A DNA stretch of 64,000 nt from an uncultured Chloroflexia bacterium (GTDB lineage Bacteria > Chloroflexota > Limnocylindria > Limnocylindrales > CSP1-4): positions 997,427 to 1,061,426 of the forward strand of contig CAWAGP010000010.1 in NCBI GenBank assembly GCA_963781705.1, in the 5' to 3' direction. Shown piece by piece: positions 19,563 to 29,853 of this stretch; position 1 is the first letter of the stretch, and every line of letters starts with the position of its first letter. The notes under the pieces were generated by a model. That model saw only the letters and a program-made list of their open reading frames with translations, ran no database searches and had not been told where the DNA came from. Made by a program: the position numbers and the translations under genes.

Positions 19563-21987
19563 CGACGCGGCACGCGAGTACGTCATCTCCCAACCTGATA
19601 CGCCGCTGCCCTGGATCAACTACCTCGGGAGCGAGGACTACTTCGGCCTCATCTCGAATACGGCCGGCGGCTACTCGTTCTATCGCGACGCGCGCCTGCG
19701 GCGGCTGACCCGCTATCGCTACAACAACGCGCCGCTGGATCTTGGCGGTCGCTACCTCTACGTGCGCGACACGGACGACGGTGAGTACTGGAGCCCGAGC
19801 TGGCAGCCGGTGCAGCGGCCGATCGAGGACTACAGCTGCCGCCACGGCCTGGGCTACACCGTCATCGCTTCGCGCTACCACGGGATTGGCATCGAGACCT
19901 GCTACTTCGTGCCACTCGGTCAGACGCTCGAGATCTGGCGTACACGCATTACCAACGAGCGCGACGCCGACGCCCGACTGTCGCTCTTCAGCGCGATCGA
20001 GTTCTGCCTGTGGGACGCGCAGGAAGACGCCACCAACTTCCAGCGCAACTATTCGACCGGCGAGGTCGAGGTAGCCGAAGGGGTCATCTACCACAAGACC
20101 GAATACCGGGAACGGCGCGACCATTTCGCCTACTTCGCTTGCTCTGAGCCGCTGGCCGGCTTCGACACCCAGCGCGACTCCTTCCTGGGGCCGTACCGCG
20201 GCTGGGACCGGCCGTTGACGGTCGAGTCCGGCCGGTCGACAAATTCGATCGCCCATGGCTGGCAGCCGATGGGCGCACATCACGTCGAGCTGCAGCTCGC
20301 GCCGCACGAGACGCGTGAGGTCATCTTCGTGCTCGGCTACGCGGAAAACCCCACCGATGACAAGTTCGATCCGGTGGGCTCGCAAACGATCAACAAGCGC
20401 CGTGTTCGGCCGACCATCGCGCGCTATCTGCAGCCCGGCATGGTGGCTGAGGCGCTCGACGGCCTGCGCACCCGCTGGGACGAGCTGCTGGCTGGACTGC
20501 AGGTAAAGACCGGCAATGAGCATGTCGACCGGATGGTCAACATCTGGAATCCGTACCAGTGCATGGTGACCTTCAACCTTTCGCGCTCGGCCTCGCTGTT
20601 CGAGTCGGGCATCGGCCGGGGGATGGGCTTCCGCGACTCGAACCAGGACCTGCTCGGTTTCGTGCACATGGTTCCGGGACGGGCCCGCGAGCGGATCCTG
20701 GACATCGCCGCAACGCAATTGCCGAACGGCGGCGCCTATCACCAGTACCAGCCATTGACGAAGCGCGGCAACGACGCCGTCGGCTCCGGCTTCAACGACG
20801 ACCCGGCCTGGCTGGTCCTGGCGGTTTCGGCCTACCTGCGCGAGACCGGCGACTTCTCCATCCTCGACGAGCAGGTGCCGTTCGATAACCAGCCTGGCAC
20901 TGAAACCCGGCTGTACGGGCATCTCGAACGCGCCATCAGCTACACCCTCGAACGCCTTGGGCCGCACGGCCTGCCACTCATCGGCCGCGCCGACTGGAAC
21001 GACTGTCTCAACCTGAACTGCTTCTCCGACACGCCCGGCGAGTCCTTCCAGACGACCGAGAACCGAGCCGGCGGGGTAGCCGAGTCGGTGTTCATTGCCG
21101 GGCTGTTCGTCGAGGCGGCAAACGAGATGGCCGCCATCGCCGAGCGAACGGCCGACGTGTCCGACGCAGCCCGCTACCGCGCCGCCGCGCAGCAGATGGT
21201 TGCCGCCGTGGAGCGCGATGGCTGGGATGGCGCGTGGTTCCGGCGAGCCTTCGATTTCTTTGGCCACCCGGTCGGTTCGTCGACCAATGAGGAGGGCCAG
21301 ATCTTCATCGAGCCGCAGGGCATCTGCGTCCTTGCCGGAATCGGCGTCGGCGACGGCCGCGCAACGACGGCACTGGAGTCCGTGCGCGAGCGCCTGGCGA
21401 CCAAACATGGCATTCGGCTGCAGCAGCCCGCCTACTCGCATTACTACCTCGAGCTGGGCGAGATTTCCTCATACCCGCCGGGTTACAAGGAGAACGGCGG
21501 CATCTTTTGTCACACCAACCCGTGGCTGATGATCGCCGAGGCGGTCGTCGGTAACGCCGATGGAGCGCTCGACTATTACCTGCGCATCAACCCGTCGGCG
21601 CGCGAAGAGATCTCGGAGATTCATCGCTGCGAGCCGTACGTCTACGCCCAGATGATTGCCGGCCCGGACGCGCCGACCCATGGCGAGGCCAAGAACTCGT
21701 GGCTGACCGGCACAGCGGCGTGGAACCTCGTCGCCATCAGCCAGTGGATCCTGGGCATCCGGCCGGCGTTTGATGGGCTGGAAGTAGTGCCCGTGGTACC
21801 AGATCGCTGGCCGGGCTTCAGCGCCATTCGCCGGTTCCGCGGCGTGGACTACAAGATCGAGGTTCATCGGGCCGGACCGGGTCAGACCGTCACCCTGGTT
21901 GTGGACGGTTCACCGGTCTCAGGCACCCTGGTACCCGCTCCCGCCAGGGGCGTGACGACCGTGTCGGTCGAGGCGACGATCGGCTGA
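19543..21987 (+). CDS. GH94 glycoside phosphorylase (cellobiose/cellodextrin or chitobiose phosphorylase family), 814 aa, intact
   Basis: [62 protein letters not shown]... plus length and internal catalytic-domain conservation typical of cellobiose phosphorylase. Confidence 0.85.
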   Translation: [814 protein letters not shown]

Positions 21988-22079
21988 GTGTCGCCGTCGG
22001 CGATGCGTCGGCGATGCCCGCACGCGCTGCGACAGCGGCAGCGACGCGCCTCAGTCCGACGCTCCCAGAAGGTTAGAAC

Positions 22080-22390
22080 GGCCCGCAGCTGCGCCGCGCG
22101 CCTACTGAGCAGGCGATCCACGGCGCATTTGCAGTTCTGGCGCCGGGTCGCCCGCCGCCCGCGACCAGCCCATGGCCCAATCCGCGCCTGGCGCGCGCAC
22201 TCGGATGGCTCTTCCTGCAAACGCCGCTATTTGCCGACCCCGACACGCAACTCGGCCGCAAGCAGCGCTTTGAGGGCCCTCGCGAGGGCCACCTGGTCGT
22301 AGAACTGCGCAAAGTCCCGACTGGCGGTCGGAATTCGAGCTGACTACCAAAGGCGACGATCGGAAACGCTGCCGCCCGGTCGAGACCGTG
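22080..22390. repeat. Copy B of the ~300-bp diverged direct repeat. Preceded by a degenerate copy of the proS 3' end (21988-22090).
   Basis: See copy A. Both copies start with GCGCGCCTACTGAGC and end with GCTGCCGCCCGGTC. B lies between the GH94 stop and the DUF554 stop. Confidence 0.75.
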
Positions 22391-22397
22391 AGCCCGG

Positions 22398-23132
22398 CTA
22401 TGCGAGGGCCGCGCGTACGGCGGCGGCGGCCCACACGAAAACCGGTGCCAGCACCAGCGCGGGCAGGAAGTTGGCGAGCCTCAGGCGGCGGACTTCGAGC
22501 AGGCGCAGGCCGACGCCGATGAGGATCAGCCCGCCGACCGCGCTGGTGGCGTCGATCGACAGCTGATCGAGCCCGCCGCCCGCCAGCCACGCGATTGCCG
22601 CGATGCCACCCTGGACGACCAGCACCGTGGCGGCGGCAAGGTAGACGCCGGCACCCAACGCGGCGGCGAAGGCCATGCTGGCGACGCCGTCGAGCAGGCT
22701 CTTGACCGCCAGCAGCTGGATGTCGCCGGTCAAGCCGTTCTGGATGGAACCCAGGATGGTCAGCGGTCCTACGCAGAAGACCAGGCTCGCCGTCACGAAC
22801 GCCTCGCTCACTCGCGATGCCTGATCGCCGCGCGCGAGGCGGCGCTGGAACCATTCGCCCAGGGCGTCCAAGCGGTCGGACAAGCGCAGCAGCTCGCCGA
22901 CGAGCGCACCGACGAGAAGCGAACCAAGCACGACCAGGTCGGTCCCCGCCGGCTGGCTGCTGTCGAGCAGCAGCCGCAGCGCGAGGGCAATGCCGATCAC
23001 CACCGTGAATAGCCCCAGCCCGTCGGTCAGCGTCTGCTGGATGCGTGGCGATATCCGCGCCCCGAAGAAGAGACCGACCGTCGTCCCGATCAAGACGGTG
23101 GCGACGTTGAGCAGGGTGCCGCTCAGGAACAT
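22398..23132 (-). CDS. DUF554 (YqgA-like) membrane protein
   Basis: MFLSGTLLNVATVLIGTTVGLFFGARISPRIQQTLTDGLGLFTVVIGIALALRLL... multi-TM, characteristic DUF554 N-terminus. Confidence 0.75.
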   Translation of the reverse strand: MFLSGTLLNVATVLIGTTVGLFFGARISPRIQQTLTDGLGLFTVVIGIALALRLLLDSSQPAGTDLVVLGSLLVGALVGELLRLSDRLDALGEWFQRRLARGDQASRVSEAFVTASLVFCVGPLTILGSIQNGLTGDIQLLAVKSLLDGVASMAFAAALGAGVYLAAATVLVVQGGIAAIAWLAGGGLDQLSIDATSAVGGLILIGVGLRLLEVRRLRLANFLPALVLAPVFVWAAAAVRAALA

Positions 23133-23134
23133 CG

Positions 23135-24505
23135 CTAGCGGCCCGCGGTCTCCAGTTCGCGAGCGGCCTCGGTGAATAGCCCGCCCATCACCCGCGTGGT
23201 CGTCGGGAAGGCGGTTATGGTGTCGGCCAGCACGTCGATCGGCGTCCGCGTCTTGACCGCCAGCACGGCCATGTGGATGGCCTCGCCGGCGCCCGGGCCG
23301 GCGATGAAAGCCCCGGCCAACGAACGCGATGAACGATCGACGACGATCGTCGCGTGTCCGGCGGCCTCCACGACGTAGCCCTTGGCGCTGGTGGCCAGGT
23401 CGGTGGTCTTCTCGAACGCGTCCAGTCCCTGGGCGAGCGCTTCGTCGAGGCGCAGGCCGACTCCGGCCACCTCCGGATCCGTGTATACCGCGCGCGGGAT
23501 GGCGCGGTAGTCCGGGCGCACTTCCTCGCCGAGCGCGATACGGACGACGATCTCGCCCTGGTAGTGCGCCAGGTGCGTGTGCATCTCCGGTCCGGCCGGA
23601 TCACCGATCACGAATGTGGCGGGAGCGATGCGCAGCTGCTCGTCCGGCTTCACACGGCCGTGGTCGAGCTCGACGCCCAGCGTCTCCAGCCCAAGCCGCG
23701 CCAGTGGTGCGGTCCGGCCGATGGCGAACATCACCTCGTGCCCGTCGAGGGTCGAGCCGTCATCCAGGAAGATCCGATGCGCGCCGTCATCGCCGCCGTT
23801 GCCGTCGATCCGCACGGCCCGCCGGCCCAGGTGCAGGGCGACCCCGTCCCGCCGCAGCCCGTCGGCGATGGCCGCCGAATTGCGGGGGTGGTCGCGATGG
23901 TGCACGCGCTCCTGCGGGTGGACCAGGCGCACGGTTACCCCGTAGCGCGCGAAGACCTGGGCGAGTTCCAGTCCGGTCGGGCCCCCGCCCAGGACGACCA
24001 GGCTGCGCGGCAGCGTGCGGGCGCTGGTGGCTTCGCGGTTGGACCACGGGCGAATGCTGTCCAGCCCGGGCAGTTCGGGGACCGTCGAATTGGACCCAAC
24101 GGCGATGATCAAGTTGCGGCCGACGATCTCGCGCGATCCGCCGTCAGCCAGCTCGACCGCGACGTGGCCCGGTCCGGTCACGCTGGCCGTGCCGCGGACA
24201 ACCTCCGCGCCGGCATCCTGGAGGCGGGCGATGTGGCCGCTGTCATCGGGCCACGCACGGTGCTCGCGGTTGATGATGTAGTCGCGGAAGTCGGAGGCGC
24301 GTGGCCATGCGTAGTCGCCACCTATGGCGTGGACACCAGCAGCATGCAGCAGCGCCTTTGACGGCATGCACGCCCAGAATGGGCACGATCCGCCGAACAG
24401 CTCGCGCTCTACGACCGCAACGTGGGCACCACGCCGCAGACCCTCGTGGGCCGCGGCCTCACCGGCCGCGCCGGCGCCGACGATGACGAAATCGAACCCC
24501 TCCAT
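23135..24505 (-). CDS. FAD-dependent pyridine nucleotide-disulfide oxidoreductase (dihydrolipoamide dehydrogenase / mercuric reductase-like family). Probable start MEGFDFVIVGAGAAG; the ORF track extends to 24661.
   Basis: FDFVIVGAGAAG (FAD-binding GxGxxG), redox-active GGSCPFWACMPSK, second Rossmann LVVLGGGPTGLELAQ, C-terminal dimerisation domain. Confidence 0.75.
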   Translation of the reverse strand: MEGFDFVIVGAGAAGEAAAHEGLRRGAHVAVVERELFGGSCPFWACMPSKALLHAAGVHAIGGDYAWPRASDFRDYIINREHRAWPDDSGHIARLQDAGAEVVRGTASVTGPGHVAVELADGGSREIVGRNLIIAVGSNSTVPELPGLDSIRPWSNREATSARTLPRSLVVLGGGPTGLELAQVFARYGVTVRLVHPQERVHHRDHPRNSAAIADGLRRDGVALHLGRRAVRIDGNGGDDGAHRIFLDDGSTLDGHEVMFAIGRTAPLARLGLETLGVELDHGRVKPDEQLRIAPATFVIGDPAGPEMHTHLAHYQGEIVVRIALGEEVRPDYRAIPRAVYTDPEVAGVGLRLDEALAQGLDAFEKTTDLATSAKGYVVEAAGHATIVVDRSSRSLAGAFIAGPGAGEAIHMAVLAVKTRTPIDVLADTITAFPTTTRVMGGLFTEAARELETAGR

Positions 24506-24733
24506 GCGGCGCCAACGGTAACTGGTCTGGCCGCCCGGCGGTAGGTCGGCTGGCCGCGCGGCGCGCCAGATCCGACCACCTCGGCCGAAGGGCCGATCGG
24601 GTCGCTCGGTGTATACTCCCGGCTGCATATCTGGCCGCCGCGGAACGTGGGTGACCCCCACGTTTCTTTGTGATCAGAGGGAGAACCTGGCCGAGCGGGG
24701 GAAACGACTGGCGGGACGAAAGGAGGGCGCAGC

Positions 24734-26191
24734 ATGAACCGTGATATTGCCAGCGCGCTCCTGCAACTGAATACAGAGAAGAACATCCCGCGCGAACAGC
24801 TGGTCGCCACGCTCGCCGACGCCATCCAGTCGGCCTACCGACGGGCCACTCCGGGCAACGAGAACGTCTTTGCCGAGTTCGATGCGGATAGCGGTCGTTT
24901 CAAGGCTCACCGCGCGATGTATGTCGTCGAGGAAATCGAAGACCCACAGATCGAGTTCTTACTCGCAGACGCCCATGAGTACGACCCGCAGGCGAAGGTT
25001 GGCGACCTCGTCAAGATAGCCGAGCTGGACGAGGCCTCATTCGGACGCATCCACGCGCAGATGGCTCAGCAGCTGTTTCGTCAGCGGCTGCGCGAGGTCG
25101 AGCGCGAGCAGGTGTTCGGCCAGTACGCGCAACGCGAATCGGAAATCGTCACGGGCACCGTCAGCCGGGTCGAGCCGCGCGGCGTGATCATCGAGATCGG
25201 CCGCGACTTCGAGCGCGTCGAGGCGATTCTGCCCACCACCGACCAGTCAGCCAGCGAGCATTACCGCATCGGCCAGCACGTCAAGTCATACGTCCTCGAG
25301 GTCCGGCGAACCACCAAGGGTCCACTGGTCTACCTGAGCCGTACGCACAAGAACTTCCTGCGCCGACTATTCGAGCTCGAGGTACCCGAGATCCATGCCG
25401 GCACGGTCGAAATCAAGGCCATTGCGCGCGAGGCAGGCAGCCGCTCCAAGGTCGCGGTATCCAGCCGGCAGGACGGGCTCGACCCGGTCGGCGCGACGGT
25501 GGGCCAGCGCGGCGGGCGCGTCCAGGCGGTAGTGGCCGAACTTGGGGGCGAGAAGATCGACATCATTCCGTGGAACGAGGATCCAGCCCTTTTCGTTGCC
25601 AACGCCCTGAGCCCTGCGCAGGTGGTCAACGTCGCGATCGACGAGACGGCGCGCATCGCGAGCGTGACGGTGCCCGAGCGGATGCTTTCGCTGGCCATCG
25701 GTCGCGAAGGCCAGAACGCGCGCCTCGCAGCCAAGCTGACCGGCTGGCGAATCGACATCCGCAGCGATCAGGCTCCGCCGCGAGTGGCGCCGCCAAGCTC
25801 GCCAGAGACGCCTGCGGCTGAGAAGCAGCCGGCGGCCGTGCCCGTCGAGTCGACCGCAGAGTCGGCCGCCGCAGCGTCGGCGAGTGTGCCGGCGAAGAGC
25901 GTTGCTAAGCGGGCCAAGAAGGTGGCCGCTGAACAGCCGGCACCCGACGCCCCAGTCGTGGCTGAAGCGGCACCCATGAAGAAGGCGGCTGCGGCACCGG
26001 CCAAGAAGACAGCCGTTGCTCCCACCAAGAAGACGGCCGCAGCCCCGGCCAAGAAGACAGCTGCTGCCCCGGCCAAGAAGCCGGCGGCGTCTTCGGACAA
26101 GAACCCAGCCGCCACACCGGCTGTCAAGGCACGCACCACCACGCGGCGGACGGCCAAGGCCACGGCGGCGGTCGGCAAGGAGAAGGCGTGA
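24734..26191 (+). CDS. nusA: Transcription termination/antitermination factor NusA with Lys/Ala/Pro-rich repetitive C-terminal tail
   Basis: N-terminal domain, S1 (IVTGTVSRVEPRGVIIEIG), KH1/KH2 (GSRSKVAVSS...DPVGATVGQRGGRVQAVVAELGGEKIDII; RLAAKLTGWRIDIRS). Then about 110 aa of PAKKTAAAPAKKTAAAPAKK repeats. Confidence 0.95.
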   Translation: MNRDIASALLQLNTEKNIPREQLVATLADAIQSAYRRATPGNENVFAEFDADSGRFKAHRAMYVVEEIEDPQIEFLLADAHEYDPQAKVGDLVKIAELDEASFGRIHAQMAQQLFRQRLREVEREQVFGQYAQRESEIVTGTVSRVEPRGVIIEIGRDFERVEAILPTTDQSASEHYRIGQHVKSYVLEVRRTTKGPLVYLSRTHKNFLRRLFELEVPEIHAGTVEIKAIAREAGSRSKVAVSSRQDGLDPVGATVGQRGGRVQAVVAELGGEKIDIIPWNEDPALFVANALSPAQVVNVAIDETARIASVTVPERMLSLAIGREGQNARLAAKLTGWRIDIRSDQAPPRVAPPSSPETPAAEKQPAAVPVESTAESAAAASASVPAKSVAKRAKKVAAEQPAPDAPVVAEAAPMKKAAAAPAKKTAVAPTKKTAAAPAKKTAAAPAKKPAASSDKNPAATPAVKARTTTRRTAKATAAVGKEKA

Positions 26192-26511
26192 TCGCTGCCG
26201 GGCCCGGTGAGGCGCCGTCCCAGCCACTGCCACCACGCCGCTATCCCACGCGTACCTGCGTGGCGTGCCGCACCGAGCGCCAGAAGCGTGAGTTGGTGCG
26301 CATCGTCCGCGCACCGGACGGCAGTGTCAGCTTCGATCCAACCAGACGGGCGCCCGGGCGTGGCGCCTACATCTGTGCCGACGGCTCGTGCTGGCCCGCG
26401 GCGCTCAAGCGAAAATCAATCGAACGGGCGTTGTCGGCGCCACTCCCGACCGAACTGCGCGATCAGTTGGAGCGCGGAGAACTAGAAGCGCCGATTGCCG
26501 GGGGGAGGTAG
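26188..26511 (+). CDS. ylxR: YlxR/DUF448 family RNA-binding protein
   Basis: [42 protein letters not shown]. Classic position between nusA and infB. Confidence 0.85.
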   Translation: MIAAGPGEAPSQPLPPRRYPTRTCVACRTERQKRELVRIVRAPDGSVSFDPTRRAPGRGAYICADGSCWPAALKRKSIERALSAPLPTELRDQLERGELEAPIAGGR

Positions 26512-26513
26512 CC

Positions 26514-28406
26514 ATGGCCCGCAGTAGAAGTGGCACGCGCAACATGCGCGGGCCGCGCAAGCCGCCGCGTCGCTCAGACCAGTCCTCTGGTGGTGACGGC
26601 GCCGTCCAGACGCTCGACCCGGCCGTACGCGGCGCGGTTGACATCCCCAGCTCGATCACCGTCAAGGAGCTTTCCGAGTTGCTCGGTGTGAACGCCGCCG
26701 ACATCATCCGTGAGCTGATCAAGAGCGGCATCTTCGCCAACATCAACCAGCCGCTCGACCGCGACACCGCCAGCCTGGTGACAAGCGAGCTCGGCTTCGA
26801 GGTCGCCGAGGCGCGGGCGCCGGAGAAGGTCGAGACAAACGGTGACGCGCCCACGCCCGAAGCGACGAAGGAGGTCCTCTTCGATGAGGACGAGCCCGCC
26901 CAGCTCCAGGCGCGCGCGCCGATCGTGACCGTCATGGGCCACGTCGACCACGGCAAGACCAGCCTGCTCGACGCCATGCGCTCGACCACCGTCGCCGCCG
27001 GGGAGCGCGGCGGTATCACCCAGCACATCGGCGCGAGCGAGGTCGTCAAGGACGGCCGTCGCGTCGTATTCCTCGACACACCCGGTCACGAGGCGTTCAC
27101 CGCAATGCGCGCGCGCGGCGCCAGGGTGACCGATATCGCGGTGCTGGTGGTGGCGGCCGATGACGGCGTCATGCCCCAGACCCTCGAGGCGATCGACCAC
27201 GCACGCGCGGCCAAGGTGCCGATCGTCGTCGCGCTCAACAAGATCGACAAGGCGGATGCCAACGCGGAGCGCGTCAAGACCGAGCTCTCGGAGCACGGCG
27301 TGATCATCGAGGAGTACGGCGGCGACGTGCCGTTGGTTGCCGTCAGCGCACGCGATCGAACCGGTATCGAGGACCTGCTCGACACCATCCAGATCGTCGC
27401 CGACGTGCAGGAGCTCAAGGCTAATCCGAAGCGTCCCGCGGTGGGCACCGTGGTCGAGGCCGAAATGGACAAGGGTCGCGGTGCGGTGGCGACCGTGCTC
27501 GTCCAGACGGGCACGCTCAAGGTTGGTGAAATAGTCGTCGTGGGTGACACGTACGGTCGTGTCCGCGCGCTCCAGAACAGTCGCGGCGAGCGCATCACGA
27601 AGGCCGGTCCCTCCACGCCGGCCGTCGTGCTCGGCCTGTCCGAGGTTCCGGCGGCGGGCGACATCCTGCGCGTGGTCGTCGACGAAAAGGCGGCGCGCGC
27701 GATCATCGAGCAGCGCCGTGCCGGCGCGGCGCCGGAGACAACCGGTCGCGCGACGCTCGAGGACCTCTACCGCCAGATCCAGGCCGGACAGACCAAGGAG
27801 CTGCGCATCATCCTCAAGGCCGACGTGCAGGGCTCGCTTGGCGCGATCAGGCACGCCCTCGAGCAGGTGCAAACCGACGAGGTGCGCATCAACATCCTGC
27901 ACGAAGGCACCGGCGATATCAGCGACAACGACATCCTGCTCGCGTCGGCGTCGAACGCGATCGTCGTCGGCTTCAGCACCAAGCTCGACCCGCAGGCGCG
28001 CCGGACGGCTGAGGCCGAGGGTGTCGATGTTCGCCTGTACGACATCATCTACAAGCTCACCGACGAAATGGGCGCCGCTCTGCGCGGCCTGCTCGAGCCG
28101 GAGGAGATCGAGGTCGTCGAGGGCCGCGCCGAGGTTCGCCAGACGTTCCGCAGCGGCCGTAACGTGATCGCCGGCTGCTACGTGACGGAGGGCCGTATCG
28201 TGCGCGGCGGCGCGCGCATCTACCGCGGCGGCAAGCTGTTGGCGACCGACCGCGTCGAGTCGCTGCGCCGCTTCCGCGACGACGTGCGCGAAGTCCAGAC
28301 GGGCTATGAGTGTGGCATCGGCCTGGCCGGCTTCAACGAGGTCGAAGACGGCGACATCATCGAATGCTTCACGCATCAGATCGTGTCCCGCGTCGCCTCT
28401 GCCTGA
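26514..28406 (+). CDS. infB: Translation initiation factor IF-2 (short N-terminus, about 630 aa)
   Basis: [30 protein letters not shown]-domain motifs, and C-terminal beta-barrels. GGGGGAGG RBS before ATG 26514. Confidence 0.95.
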   Translation: MARSRSGTRNMRGPRKPPRRSDQSSGGDGAVQTLDPAVRGAVDIPSSITVKELSELLGVNAADIIRELIKSGIFANINQPLDRDTASLVTSELGFEVAEARAPEKVETNGDAPTPEATKEVLFDEDEPAQLQARAPIVTVMGHVDHGKTSLLDAMRSTTVAAGERGGITQHIGASEVVKDGRRVVFLDTPGHEAFTAMRARGARVTDIAVLVVAADDGVMPQTLEAIDHARAAKVPIVVALNKIDKADANAERVKTELSEHGVIIEEYGGDVPLVAVSARDRTGIEDLLDTIQIVADVQELKANPKRPAVGTVVEAEMDKGRGAVATVLVQTGTLKVGEIVVVGDTYGRVRALQNSRGERITKAGPSTPAVVLGLSEVPAAGDILRVVVDEKAARAIIEQRRAGAAPETTGRATLEDLYRQIQAGQTKELRIILKADVQGSLGAIRHALEQVQTDEVRINILHEGTGDISDNDILLASASNAIVVGFSTKLDPQARRTAEAEGVDVRLYDIIYKLTDEMGAALRGLLEPEEIEVVEGRAEVRQTFRSGRNVIAGCYVTEGRIVRGGARIYRGGKLLATDRVESLRRFRDDVREVQTGYECGIGLAGFNEVEDGDIIECFTHQIVSRVASA

Positions 28407-28415
28407 GCGGGCCCG

Positions 28416-28823
28416 ATGAGCGAGCGCACGGCGCGACTGGACGAGCTGCTGCGCGAAGAGATCAGCGAGGTGCTGCGCCGTGAGGTTGACGACCCGCGCA
28501 TCGGCTTCGTGACCGTGACCGACGTGGAGGTCGCGGCCGACCTTCGCCACGCCAATGTCTGGGTGTCGGTCATCGGTGTGCCAGAAGAGCGCCAGCAGAC
28601 GCTCCGCGCGCTGTCCCGGGCGATGCCCTTCGTGCGCCAGCGACTGGGTCGTCTGCGTCTCAAGCGCATTCCCGCGCTGCACGTCCGGGAAGACCAGACG
28701 GCAGTGCGCGGCACGCGCGTGCTGCGCATCCTCGATGAGCTCGAGCGCGGCGGCGAAGGTGAACTTGGCGCGCCGACCGAGACGCTGCCGACGCCTCGCA
28801 AAGGTGCGGCCAAGGATGACTGA
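28416..28823 (+). CDS. rbfA: Ribosome-binding factor A
   Basis: RLDELLREEISEVLRREVDDPRIGFVTVTDVEVAADLRHANVWVSV. Confidence 0.9.
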   Translation: MSERTARLDELLREEISEVLRREVDDPRIGFVTVTDVEVAADLRHANVWVSVIGVPEERQQTLRALSRAMPFVRQRLGRLRLKRIPALHVREDQTAVRGTRVLRILDELERGGEGELGAPTETLPTPRKGAAKDD

Positions 28824-29853
28824 CGTGGCGGTGAGGTCCTCGCTAACCGCGGCAGATCTGTCAACCGTGCCCGCTGACGTGGTCGAACGCATCCGCGCCG
28901 GCCGCGAAGTCCTGACCGTCTGTCACGAGAACCCGGAGGCCGACGCCCTGGGTTCGGCGCTCGCGGTCGCCCTGGCGGTCGAGCAGCTCGGTGGTCGCGC
29001 GACGCCCGTGTGCAGTGACGCCGTGCCGCCGATGTACGAATTCATGCCGCGCGTCAATCGCTTTCGCCAGGATCCGGAAGCGAACCGCCCGTACGACCTG
29101 ATTGTCGTCGGCGATTGCGGGGATCTGGCACGCATCGGCTCGGTGCTCGGGCGTCATGCCGAGCTCTTTGGACGCATCCCGATCGTCAACATCGACCACC
29201 ACGTCTCGAACACGGGCTTCGGCGTAATCGACTGGGTGGACCCAAGCGCAGCCGCCACGTGCGAAATGGACACCTTGCTGATGTCCGCGCTGGGCATTCC
29301 GCTTGACGCCGACGACGGCGCCATCGCTGCCGACCTGATGGCCGGGCTGGTGATCGACACGGCCAACTTCCAGCACCCCAACACCACGCCGCGCACGTTG
29401 CGCGTTGGCGCGGCGCTGCTGGCTGCGGGTGCGCCGCTCGCAGATACGGCGCGGCTGCTCTATCGCACCAAGCCCAATCGTCAGCTGAAGCTGTTCGGGC
29501 TGGTTCTCGGCCGCCTCGAGGAGGACCTCGATGGCCACCTGGTGTGGTCGGCGCTGTACGAGTCCGACTACGCCGCGACCGGCGCCACGGTCGAAGACGC
29601 CGAGGGCCTGAGCGACCTGCTCAGCCAGTCGGCCACGGGCGAGTTGGTGATCCTTTTCCGCCAGAATGGCGAGCGCACCAAGATCAGCGTGCGCACCCGC
29701 GAGGGCGGCCAGGATGCGACGGTGTTGACCGGCGCCTTCGGCGGTGGCGGTCATGCGCGCGCCGCCGGGGCGACGATCGATCTGCCCATCCGCGACGCGA
29801 CCGATGCCGTCCTGCGGGCCGCCCGAAGGATGCTCGCCTCGACCGGTGACTGA
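28816..29853 (+). CDS. nrnA: DHH/DHHA1 phosphoesterase, NrnA/CnpB-like (nanoRNase / pAp phosphatase / cyclic-dinucleotide phosphodiesterase family)
   Basis: CHENPEADALGSALAV...LIVVGDCGD...NIDHHVSNTGFG (DHH motifs), GGGHARAAGA (DHHA1). Same position after rbfA as Mycobacterium cnpB. Confidence 0.8.
   Translation: MTDVAVRSSLTAADLSTVPADVVERIRAGREVLTVCHENPEADALGSALAVALAVEQLGGRATPVCSDAVPPMYEFMPRVNRFRQDPEANRPYDLIVVGDCGDLARIGSVLGRHAELFGRIPIVNIDHHVSNTGFGVIDWVDPSAAATCEMDTLLMSALGIPLDADDGAIAADLMAGLVIDTANFQHPNTTPRTLRVGAALLAAGAPLADTARLLYRTKPNRQLKLFGLVLGRLEEDLDGHLVWSALYESDYAATGATVEDAEGLSDLLSQSATGELVILFRQNGERTKISVRTREGGQDATVLTGAFGGGGHARAAGATIDLPIRDATDAVLRAARRMLASTGD

Noticed and set aside
18907-19573. Minus-strand ORFs 18907..19248 and 19022..19573 and their paralogs 21882..22220 and 22073..22312 (shared CLRP.CVSGSAN..VCRK..PSARARRG)
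   Set aside because: The similarity is a by-product of translating the two copies of the 300-bp DNA repeat. The peptides are Arg/Cys-rich with no start or RBS context and overlap proS and GH94 ends.
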